DNA of 64,000 nt, from contig NC_068982.1 in assembly GCF_001194135.2 (NCBI RefSeq), positions 627,424-691,423 on the forward strand. The letters are read 5' to 3'. The translations under genes and the position numbers were made by a program. The notes beneath the pieces were generated by a model that was given only the letters and a program-made list of their open reading frames with translations, was not told where the DNA came from and made no database searches. Origin of the DNA: Octopus bimaculoides. Lineage: Eukaryota. Each line of letters opens with the position of its first letter. The stretch's first letter is position 1. Shown here piece after piece: positions 1-12,305 of this stretch.

Positions 1-389
1 AAAGTATTAGATAGCTGAAAAGAATGGATAGCATAGTGCCGTAGGCTGCAGGAAAGAGAAATAATAATAATAATGATAATAATTAATATATTTGTATTAA
101 GTGAATTACTAGGAAAATAGAATTAATACTAATAGTTGATCTGTAAAATTTAATAGTAACAAAAAGACTAGAAAAAGGAAACACAACTGGGTATAATCCT
201 TCATACTTATGATAGGTTTGAGTCAGTGTACTCAGAATTTTCTCTGATGTACTTAAAATTTCCCATGATAGAGGAGTACCAACAAATTTCTAATATTTAT
301 TGAGTGAAATCTCCTTACTTAGCTACTCTCCTCTTACCTCAAATTATTGCCGATCCATTTATTATAAACTTCATAAAAACGGTATCATC

Positions 390-1090
390 TTCACTGTTAC
401 GTTTTGGTTTTGCTTTAATTTTTACGAGCTGCACCTAAATCTCAGCCAGAGACTCGAGGGACAAGTTTTGCCCCTGAAAATGCTAACAGGTGAGTTACCA
501 TGCAATTGAAAACACTGATGTCTGTGGGAGAAAAAGAAAACAGTAAGGTTGTTGCATTTATATTGGAGAGGAATTTATGCAGAATATGTGAGGTACCAAT
601 AAATATGACCTTTTCTAAATTGCTTATTTTGGGGTTGCCAGGGATTTGGTCTATCTAAATGTTTGCTCTTTTTGATATCATTCCAAGTGTCCCAATAATA
701 ATAATCTTCTGAGATGCTACATTCTTCCGATTTAAATATCTTGGTTCTTATATTTGCACAACTTTTCAAACATTTCAGAGCTGTGTTTATGTTAGCCGGG
801 GCTGAAAGTTTTTTTTTTCTAAATGATTTTTCACAATTAGATCAGGTCAGTTTGCCTCTATTTTCCAATCAGTCTGAACACTGAAATTCCAAAGGATGTA
901 AACATCGGCTTTCGGGGCAATATCTGGTGGATTGTGTTTCCACCGATTGTTTCTGTGTAGGAGGCTGTGTGTGGCATATTGACCAGTGTATGTAATGAGC
1001 TGCCCTGCCATGTCTTTGCGAGAATTCTGATGGTGCCAGTCTGCTGCATCCAGCGTTTATGGGGTTGATTGTCTCTGGATGCTCTCGACA
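390..1090 (-). mobile_element. R4/Dong-like (restriction-like endonuclease) LINE, degenerate 3' end
   Basis: Minus frames give ETIN.I.AGCSRLAPSEFSQRHGRAAHYIHWSIC, ILWNFSVQTDWKIEAN*PDLIVK and IIGTLGMISK...IPGNPK, the CCHC and RLE C-terminus; stops and frameshifts. Confidence 0.8.
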
Positions 1091-1109
1091 TATGCAACAC
1101 AATGAATGC

Positions 1110-1459
<350 letters not shown>

Positions 1460-1620
1460 CATGATGGAACATGAAGCTGGGTAGAAATTGATAAGTATTC
1501 AAATGGCTTAGATTTGTGAAATTGAAGTCTGTTACCGAAGCATACGTATTATGACATCCTATATGATAAACTAAAATATGTAAGAATAGATAAAATAAAA
1601 TAGAGATATCTTATTTTCAG

Positions 1621-1769
1621 GCAACAGACAAAGATTCCAACTCTGTGATGACTTACAGCATCATTGGTGGAAATACCAAAGACAATGCATTCAGGATTGA
1701 TAGCAAGACTGGTCATATTACAGTTGCACGGCCCATAATGATGGAAGATGCGCCACAAAACTCCAGCAC
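1621..1769 (+). CDS. cadherin exon 1 (of window)
   Basis: ttttcag|[49 protein letters not shown]..|gtaagt; phase 0 to 2. Confidence 0.93.
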
Positions 1770-3400
1770 GTAAGTCACTAGTCATTGCCAGTATTTTTAC
1801 ACACACTTGCTCACAATCACATCCATATTCGCTCGCAATGACATCGATATTCGCTTACAATCACTCTTATTCACAGACTCTCCTATACATTTAGTTCTTT
1901 TCAATATGAAGAAAAAGACTCAGACGGCGAGCTGGGAGAATCATTAGCACGTTGGACAAAGTACTTAGCAGCATTTCTCCTGTCTTTATGTTCTGAGTTC
2001 AAACTCTGCCGAGGTCGGCTTCGCCTTTCATTCTTTTGAGATCATGTACTGCAAAAAGAAGAGATGAAGTAAACAAAATAAAGCCAGAAAGCAGAGACAC
2101 AGTGATAAAGAACAAATTGTCATTGAGGAGGTCACAAATGTGTTACGAAAAAGCTTTGACAAAATAACTAATAATAATAAAGCTGAAGTGAGTCAAATAG
2201 TGTGTTTACTGGCAAAATGACCATCCCAAATAAAGCAATATCTGTATCAACTCACGATTTCACATGAAGTATGTTGCAAAACGAATAGAGAAACATAAAA
2301 GGGAAAATAATAGAACCTTAAATTCCTGCTTCATATTCATTTCAAAAGTTTTGTGTCAAAACAAATATTGTTGTATTTATGTCGAGGTATTTTGGTCTTT
2401 CATTAATCAGATCATTATTTATTCATGTATTTATTTTAATTCATTATTGCAATTGTTTTTGTTGTACAAATGCAAATTTACCACTGATAGCCTTTCTTAG
2501 TGCAAGAGTAATTCTTAGATCAGGGGTACTCAACCATTTTGTGCTAATGGGCCCCTTTAACTCCTCTTTTACATGGTTGGACTCTCATAGCCTCTCAACG
2601 TTTAAAAAACCCTATTATTCTATTTTAATAAGCATTACTAGGAATTGTGTTGAAAAATTGTGAAAATATTTTGTGTTCTATAGAAGTATAACCTGTTCTT
2701 TGCACATAAATTTCAACAAAATCATATATGGATCCCAGAGGCCAATATCACCCCCCCCCAAGTCACGTGGACACCTGGGGGTCATATGGACTCCAGTTGA
2801 GAACCGCTAATCAAGACAGAAAGTGGGACAAACCTTGAGATAAAAAATATTAATAAATTTTGAAAAAGAAGTAATAAGAAATGTGAATAATAATGATATT
2901 CCTTTCTACTATAGGCATGAGGCCTGAACATTTGGGGGAGGGGTTAAGTCGATTACATCAACTTCAGTACGCAACTGGTACTTAATTTATCGACCCTGAA
3001 AGGATAAAAAGCAAAATTGACCTTGGCGGAATTTGAACTCAGAACATAATAAAGGACGAAATATTGCTAAGCATTTTGCCCGGCGTGCTAACGATTCTGC
3101 CACCTCGCCACCCTAATAATAATAATAATAATAACAACAATAACAATAATAAAATGGTTTCAGATTTTGCCACAAGGGCCGCAATTTGGGGGGAGGGTAC
3201 ACGTCAATTACATCAACCCCTGTGTGTAACTGGTCCTTATTTTATCGACCCCGAAAGGATGAAAAGCAAAGTCAACCTTGGTGGAATTCGAATTCACAAT
3301 GTAATGATGGGCGAAATACCAGTAAGTATTTCGTCTGGCACGCTAACAATTCTGCCAGCTCGTCATCCTAATGATGATGATGGTGATGATGATAATAATG

Positions 3401-3472
<72 letters not shown>

Positions 3473-4487
3473 GTGGCTGACCACAGGTGAAACAGTTCTT
3501 TGCCAAAAGGATCCCAGCAAAGGTAATGCAGTGGATAATTACTGGTCTGTCACCTGTCTACCCCTGGTGTGGAAGCTGATGACAGGAATAATATCTAATT
3601 ATGTGTATAACTTCCTGGAAATGAAATGACAAACTGCCAGTGGAACAGAAAGGGTACATAAGGAAAAGCCGAGGGACAAAAGACCAATTTCTGATAGACA
3701 GAATGGTACTGAATCACTGTAAGAGAAGACTTACTAACCTGGGCACAGCGTGGATTTGCTCATAAGAACGCGTATGACATGGGCCTCTATTCTTGGATTT
3801 TTTAGAAAGTCATGAGTTGGTACAAGTGTCTGATAAGATATCAAATTTTATTAGGTGATCAATGAATGCTGGGGACAGCTAAGATTTTGAGATTGGTACT
3901 TGAATGTCTCTCACGATAATTAACAACCAAGTATCAAAGCTTATAATGTGCGGAAAGAGACCCTCTGAGACTTCTGACGGCAGGCTGCTGTCTACGCTCA
4001 CGGAATCTACCAGAACAAAGATCAAAAGTTCTGAGAAGTAAAACAACAATAATAAATGATTGTTTATTATCTAAATGCAATAAAAATGCCTTAAATTTTC
4101 TGCATCTGATGTTTATTTTCCTGTTTTCATAGAATATTTCTGAAGATATTGGCAACAGATAATGGTGTTAACGTTCAATCATCCTCAACTTTGGCCACTA
4201 TCAATATATTAGTAAGTATAGATTTGTTTCTCTTTAATTACTCTCTGCATTTAGTAATTATCCTCTGAAGGTATCCGAAGGCCCTCAGAAAGGTCCATGG
4301 CCCTAATTTTAAGGAATTCAACGCCTTGCCGATATGTTCACCTTGGATATATTACTCTGGTTAAGCAAACACTCCAAGCGTCAAATTCTTTTAACGAGAA
4401 AGCAAAAATGCTTCCAAAGAGTTTTTGAATGCATAATTGGTAATTTAATAGCGCGCAAGTGCATGAGCGCGCACACACGCGCACGCA

Positions 4488-4577
<90 letters not shown>

Positions 4578-4628
4578 ATGCGATGAGACAATGAGGGCAA
4601 CAGCTTATGTGTTTATGCTTTTCTTTCA

Positions 4629-4663
<35 letters not shown>

Positions 4664-7589
4664 TGGCGTTAGGAAGGGCATCCAGCCGTAGAAACTCTGC
4701 CAAATCAGATTGGAGCCTGGTGTAGCCATCTGGTTTCACCAGTCCTCATGGAAAGTGGACGTTAAATGATGATGATATATATATATGTATGTATATGTAT
4801 GTATATATACATATCTATGTATGGCAGGCCGCTCTTGAGTGGTACTGGTACCATGTGGTCCAGTACAACCTGTTTCATGGTGGGGTTGTTGGCGACTAAG
4901 CTGGCAACCCCACCAGGCTTGCTTGGTGAGGTGGGTGCTTGTTGAACACCCTGTGGGACAAAAAATAGGACCCCTCAAAAGGCAGAGGAACTACAACACA
5001 GTCAACAGTCATTCAACTACGTGTGTTTATGTGTGTGTGTGTATTGTATACATTGCATTTTAAGCTCTGTGTGCATGTGTGTATTGTATATATTGTATTT
5101 TTGCATGTGTGTGTGCATATTGTATACTGTATTTTTAAATTGTATATATTGTATGTCAATCTTATGTATTCCCTATCGTATATTTTATGTATACATTGTA
5201 TATCAATATTGTTATATATTGTACGTTTTTTTAAATCTATTTTTATTTATCTATTTTTATTTTATTTATTTTTTTATATCTATTTTATCCAGCTTATTTA
5301 TGGCTGTATCTTGCACGGAGCATAGAAATAGTCGGACTGAATATCTGATCACGCGGTTAAACCATTGAGAGTGAAGGACCCCTAGCCTTTGTTCGGGCAT
5401 CCTTCTAGGAGAAGGAGAAGGCAACTCAGGCAACTGGGATAACTCCGACATAAAACCTGCGGCTCAGTGGTTACCGATGATGTTGAATTGTTCTTCTTTT
5501 CGGGTTATGGCTACTGTTGCTTAGTGAGTGGGATTGAATCAGTGCACAGCCTTTCCTCACTTAAAAAAAAATCTTCTTGCACAGGCACTGCTCTATAACA
5601 ACATGGATTGATTGATTAATCAATTAACTAATTGATGATTGTTGATAGTGCTGTGAGTCTCAACCGAATGGCTGGCTGTAGCCTTAAAAATCAAGCAATC
5701 AATGATGTACCAAAACAGTATAAAAATAAATGGCAGTAAGGACTCTGGAACCACATCAGATGAAAGAATCTGGCCCGGAAGGGGCGCCAGAGTATCACAG
5801 TCTGAACCTGGCCGTCATCATGCTACTGTGATAGAACCAAATAAAATACTGAATATTGGCTGTTGGAGTGTACGGACACTGCTTGACCGCGAGTCCTCTG
5901 AATGTCCTGAACGCAGGACTGCTCTTGTTGCGAAGGAGCTTCGATGCTATGATCTTAACACCATCACTTTATCTGAGACGAGATTAGCTGGAGATGGTCA
6001 TCTTACAGAATGTAGTGGAAAATATACATTCTTTTGGAAAGGGAGGGATAAAGAGTTTAGAGGAGAGGATGGAGTGGCATTTGCTGTTAAGACTACTCTT
6101 GTGGATAAGTTGGAAGAATTCCCAGTCGGGATTATCGAGTGTCTTATGTCCATGAGAATTCCTTTGGTTAAATGAAATTATGTGACCTTGGTGAGTGTGT
6201 ATGCTCCAACTATGTGCTCTAGTGATGATGAAAAAGTTTCTTTCTACCATGCTTTGAAGGGCATTATAAGAAACATCCCTTGGGCAGACAAAGGCACCAC
6301 ACTGGGTGACTTTAATGCTAGAGTGGGTAGGGATTTTAACACATGGACTGTAATTGGAAAGCATGGGGTGGGAAAGTGTAGTAGTAATGGTATGCTTCTG
6401 CTGCAGACGTGCGAGGAGCTGCGTCTGTGTGTTACCAATACAATGTTTCAGCAAAAGAATAAGTTTAAGACCACATGGATGCACCCTGCATCTAAAGAAT
6501 GGCATATTTTGGATTACATCCTTGTTAGGGTGTGTAACAGACGAGATGTGCAGTGTGTTCGTGTTCTTCGTGGGGATGAGTGTTGGACTGACCACTGTCT
6601 AGTACGTGCAAAAGTGAAATTAGTCACAAAATGTAAAATCTGGGCTGCAGGTATTACCCTGAGTGAAAAACTGAATGCTGGTCGTCTTGGGTGTAATAGT
6701 GTGAAGAGAACTTTACAAGAGGAAATGAATGTTGCAGATATTGCGTATTGCCTTATCTTCGAAACGTCTAGTTAGAATAGAGGTAGCTGACGAAGGATTA
6801 ATTCCAAGTGGCTATCTGTTTTCCTATGTGTTCGTTCCGTGGTCTGTAGTTCATTGTTCTAACGTCCTGTACCCTGATATGCATCTATATACACATGTAG
6901 ATGTAAGTATGTACATATATGTTTGTATACATGCATATATATTCCTTGTATTATTATATATATGTATATATGTCTATATAAGTTCAGCAAAAATTTAGAT
7001 TCAGATGGATATGGTACTTAAGTTGAGGCACCAGAATTTAGTACGGTATTATCCATACAATTTCAAAATAAGGTGATTAGAATGAAAATAAGCAACAAGG
7101 ATATCCAGAGGTAATGCAGTACAATCATTTCATGCAACTCCATTTAATTGAACAATGCAATCATTACATCAATTTAAATGCAGAGCAATCCTCAGCTGCA
7201 CAAAGACATAAATCCACAATTTCAAAAATTCTCTCTCTGTTTATTTCCTCGTGTTCCTTTCTGCTGAAGAGCCAAGGCCCGAAACGTAAAAGACTTTCTC
7301 ACCTTGCCAAGCATCAAACTAATACATCTGCTTGTCGTTTATACACCTGTCTTTATCTTTTGTTTTTCTGTAAATTTCAACTAATATATATATATGCGCA
7401 TGTGTGTGTGTCTGTGTGCTTTTTTTTTCTATTAATATGTAATTTGTATATTCTAAGGATATCAACAATAACAGTCCAGAATTCCTACTTCCGCCATATG
7501 AGGTGACTGTGAAAGAATTTTTACCTGGTGGTAAGTACAATAATCCATGTTTATTGCTTTACCTTTTAATTACAATATAAATAGGAATG

Positions 7590-7623
<34 letters not shown>

Positions 7624-9168
7624 CATACATATATACATATATACATACATAGGAGGAAAGAAAGGAGTGTGGGGCTGTGCTTGAATGCCTTCTGATCAAC
7701 AAAGCTGTTCTTAATGAAGTCAAGCACCATTGCCATAATCTCTTAATAATATGGCTAGATTTCAAGAAGGCATTCAACTCTGTGTCCCACTCATGGGTTA
7801 TAGAATTACAACACCTTGCCAAAGAACCAGCTGCTATAGTGAATGCCTTTGAAAGACTGACTGGCAACTACTAAAGCAACACCTATTGTTACAGATAGAA
7901 TTAGACTATCCACATATTCCAGGCTGATAGTTTATCTCTAATGCTGTTTGCGCTGGTAGTGAATACCTTGCCAGCCCTGTTAACAAAATGCTGAAGACTA
8001 CATGCTGGGATATACAGAAAGGAATAAAGTTAATGTTACCCACACATTTTTTGTTGATGACCTAAAGTTGTATTCTGATAACATAACCAACATCAAAAGA
8101 CAATTAGAACTAGTCATAAGATCCTCATGAGATGTAGGAATGGGGTTGGGGCAAGATAAATGCTCGTACATTATAGTCAACCGAGGAAAGATTGTCGACC
8201 AGGCTGAGAGCATGTACATCAACGGCTTGTCTATCTCCATTATCTCTAATGATGAAAGCAACAAATACCTCGGAATCAATGAGAATGTTGCATACATTGG
8301 TATTGTCACAAGCTAGAATAACAAAGGAGTACTTCTGTAGACTCCCAGAGTTGTCTGCATTTAACAAGATCATATCTTACAAAGCTTTTGGAGTACCAGT
8401 GCTACTACCAGCATTTGGGATATTGGACTGGACACCCGATAAGGTACACAGCCCTGGACATCAAATCTGACTACCACTGGCAACTTACACATTAACAGCG
8501 ATAGTGATGGCGGTAGAGTCATAAGGTCAGTCCATACAGCCTTTGAATGTCACATTGTATCATTCAGACAACACCTGCTGAACAGTAAAGAAAGAAACGA
8601 GTACATTCCATGCAGAGTCAAAAAGTGAGATCAACTACTATGTAGGTGCTCCTCATGCAACCCAAACGAGGCCGGACAAGTCTACCTAAACAGAAGCTTG
8701 GAAGGGGAGCAGGTATCATACCAACAAAATGCAATGCATGGGTACATACCCTGTTAGCTAGAGAGCAACAACAACATTGACTGAAAGAGTAGCCTCTCCT
8801 GGACTTGTGATAGATACATTACATCCCACCTTGAAGGATATACCTTCGCTATCCAAGGACATGAAATATCTAATAAATACCTGATAAACGAGAGGGACAA
8901 AGATATCACCAAACCTCAAAGATGTGATAAAAAATGTCAGCTCTGCTATACCAGAGTGGAAGATATCACCCACATCCAGTTCTATATCTAAGAGACGAGG
9001 AATTATGCACATTATTTACATTATTTACATTTGACGGATATTTGTCCTCATCTTGTTTGTTGTTAACACAATGTTTCGGCTGATATACCCTCCAGCCTTC
9101 ATCAGGTGTCTTGAGGAAATTTCGAACCTGGGTTCTCATTCCTAAGGTATTTTTTGATGTTGTTACTA

Positions 9169-9237
<69 letters not shown>

Positions 9238-9363
9238 TCACTGCTTGTAATTGAACTCAGAATCTTAGGGTTAGTAGCCTACGCTCTTCACCACTAAGCC
9301 ATATGCCCGTAAGAGCACGGGCTACTAACCCCAAGATTCCAAGTTTGATTCCAAGTAGTGACA

Positions 9364-9417
<54 letters not shown>

Positions 9418-10396
9418 TCGAAAAATACCTGAGGAATGAGAACCTAGGTTCAAAATTTCCCCAAGACACCTGATGAAGTCTGGAGGGTATATCAGCCGAA
9501 ACATTGTGTTAACAACAAACAAGATGAGGACAAATATCTGTCAAATGTAAATAATGTAAATAATTTAAATGATGTATCACCCACATCCCCAGCAGCTTCC
9601 CCAAAATGTCTGTAAGATACTACCTGCCCCTGAGGCATGATATAGTTGCAAAGACTATTTACAATGCTATCCGCAGGAAGGACTGCCCTGACGTACATCG
9701 ATAATATTGATTTAAAAACGGAAGAAGTAGAATCCACGTAAGCGAAAATATGCCAACTAGTTCTAATGTTACATTAATATACAATGGTTTTGGTCCGTTA
9801 TTTATTTCCTTGTAGGCATTTGAATTTCTTCTTAAAATTACATAATGTTGGGATGGGAAAATTGGCGGGCTGCATAATTCATACCATTATACGGTAACAC
9901 CGTCTTAATCAGTGGAATTGTTATGTGCGCTAGTCATTCCATCGACACTTACATTACTGAAATCCGTGTTGGAGTTATAGATATCGTTTAGTCCTCCAAA
10001 TGTTTCCAAATGATTTTAGTTTTAATCATTATTGATACTGTTATTACAGCTGTTGTTATTTTAGCTCAGTTGTTACCACAAACGTAGAGTTTGCTGCTGC
10101 ATTGATGTTGTGAATCTGAGAATGTTTATGTGGTGAAGAACAGACTTGTGGATGCATTGAGTTGCTTTATGTTGCAGCTAGATTTTGAAGTGTACAGTTT
10201 ATTTGAACAACAGCTGAAACAGCAGAGAGAACAGCTAAGAGGAGGAGGGAGATTTTCCAATTATTGATTAGGCAGGTGTTATTCTTTAAACTATATATGA
10301 AAAGGCAACAAAAATTACTTATTACAAGTCATAGCTGGGGAAATTTTTACCAGGCGAGTATTAATGAAAAGCTGTTTCCAAAATACAGTCACCATC

Positions 10397-10487
<91 letters not shown>

Positions 10488-12246
10488 ACATACACATGTA
10501 ACGTGTGTATTTGTTTATAATATATTAATGCTTATGGTACATGGAGAATGCAGATTTGTAAAGACATATATATTATAGATATACATACGCACATATAACT
10601 CATCATCATCATCATCATCGTTTAACGTCCGCTTTCCATGCTAGCATGGGTTGGACGATTTGACTGAGGACTGGTGAAACCGGATGGCAACACCAGGCTC
10701 CAGTCTGATTTGGCAGAGTTTCTACAGCTGGGTGCTCTTCCTAACGCCAACCACTCAGAGAGTGTAGTGGGTGCTTTTACGTGTCATATGNNNNNNNNNN
10801 NNNNNNNNNNNNNNNNNNNNNNNNNNNNNNNNNNNNNNNNNNNNNNNNNNNNNNNNNNNNNNNNNNNNNNNNNNNNNNNNNNNNNNNNNNNNNNNNNNNN
10901 NNNNNNNNNNNNTATATATATATATATATATATATATATGTCTGTACGTATTGTCGTCGTCGTTTAACGTCCACTTTCCATGCTAGCATGGGTTGGACGA
11001 TTTGCCTGAGGACTGGTGAAACCAGATGGCTACACCAGGTTCCAATCTAATTTGGCAGAGTTTCTACAGCTGGATGCCCTTCCTAACGCCAACCACTCAG
11101 AGAGTGTAGTGGGTGCTTTTACGTGTCATATGTACATAATCACACATATAAATGTAAACATGCACACGTGCCTCTTTAAAGCCATATCAAAACATATGTA
11201 AATGGATAAGTTATATCACTATTGGATCATAACATATGCATACATACATCCTACAATACACAAAGATTTGCATGCTCACTCACACACGCACATAATATTA
11301 TGCATCGTATCCACAAAATAAATTAGAATTTGATAATAAGCAGCAATAGAAACCGTACTAATACCAAAAGGTAGTGTTTATCTCCCATTTAAAAGTAGAT
11401 GTTATTTTAGAACACAAAATACTGTGTTATTTACTATGAGAGAACTTCTCAAATGTTTTATGGTACGTATAAGCACTCTTGTTTTATATCATTAGCAGGA
11501 GATAATCGTCCGCTACCACCACCGTATTTGATATTTTAGATATTTTGAAAGAAACAAAATTAATTTTCTATTTATGCTAAAGAGGAACTGATTTGATTCA
11601 TAAAATCTCAAAGTCTATAAAATATGTTACAATGACTAGGAATATTGTCACATTAGCAGAGAAGGGAGTAGAGTCATTGGAAACAATCCTGGTATTCACC
11701 TAGGATCATGAAGCTTGCATGTATAGACAGTAAACAATATATTACTATTAAGTGTGACATCTCATGTAAATTTATTATGAATACAGACATCGTTGCACTG
11801 CTGTCAGGTTTGAAGTGAAATTTCTTACACTGGAAGATGGTGATTTAATTTCATTTACAATCAAATTAATTATTAATTTAATTTAAAAGAAAGGAGACCA
11901 AGTAGATATCTAATGGATCTAGCAATATAGGTTGTCTAAAAACTAACCTGTTTGGCAGGAAAATTCCCATCATGGAATGCTCATACCTCTTGTAGAATCG
12001 AAGTATATACGTTATGAAAACTACTTTCCAGAATAAAGTCATCAAGACTTAAAAATGGTAACTTTATTTTGTTAGTCGATTATATTGACCCTGGTGCTTG
12101 ACCGGTACATATTTTTATTGATTCAGAAAGATGAAAGGCAAAGTTGACCAAGGCAGAAATTGAATTCAGAGCCTGTAAAGACTGATGAAATGCTACTGTG
12201 CACTTTGTCCAACATGCCACAGCTCACCGTCTTAATAATAATAATG

Positions 12247-12305
<59 letters not shown>

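Noticed and set aside
300-509. 69-aa plus ORF with a GTGAGT donor at 490, as a possible upstream cadherin exon
   Set aside because: The phase-0 frame needed for exon 1 has a stop, there are no cadherin motifs, and the sequence appears to be the antisense of the R4-like LINE 3' end.
4820-5005. GC-rich block with hairpin GTGGGGTTG...CAACCCCAC, as a possible structured ncRNA
   Set aside because: Most likely a LINE 5' UTR fragment; I could not build a ribozyme or tRNA fold from it.
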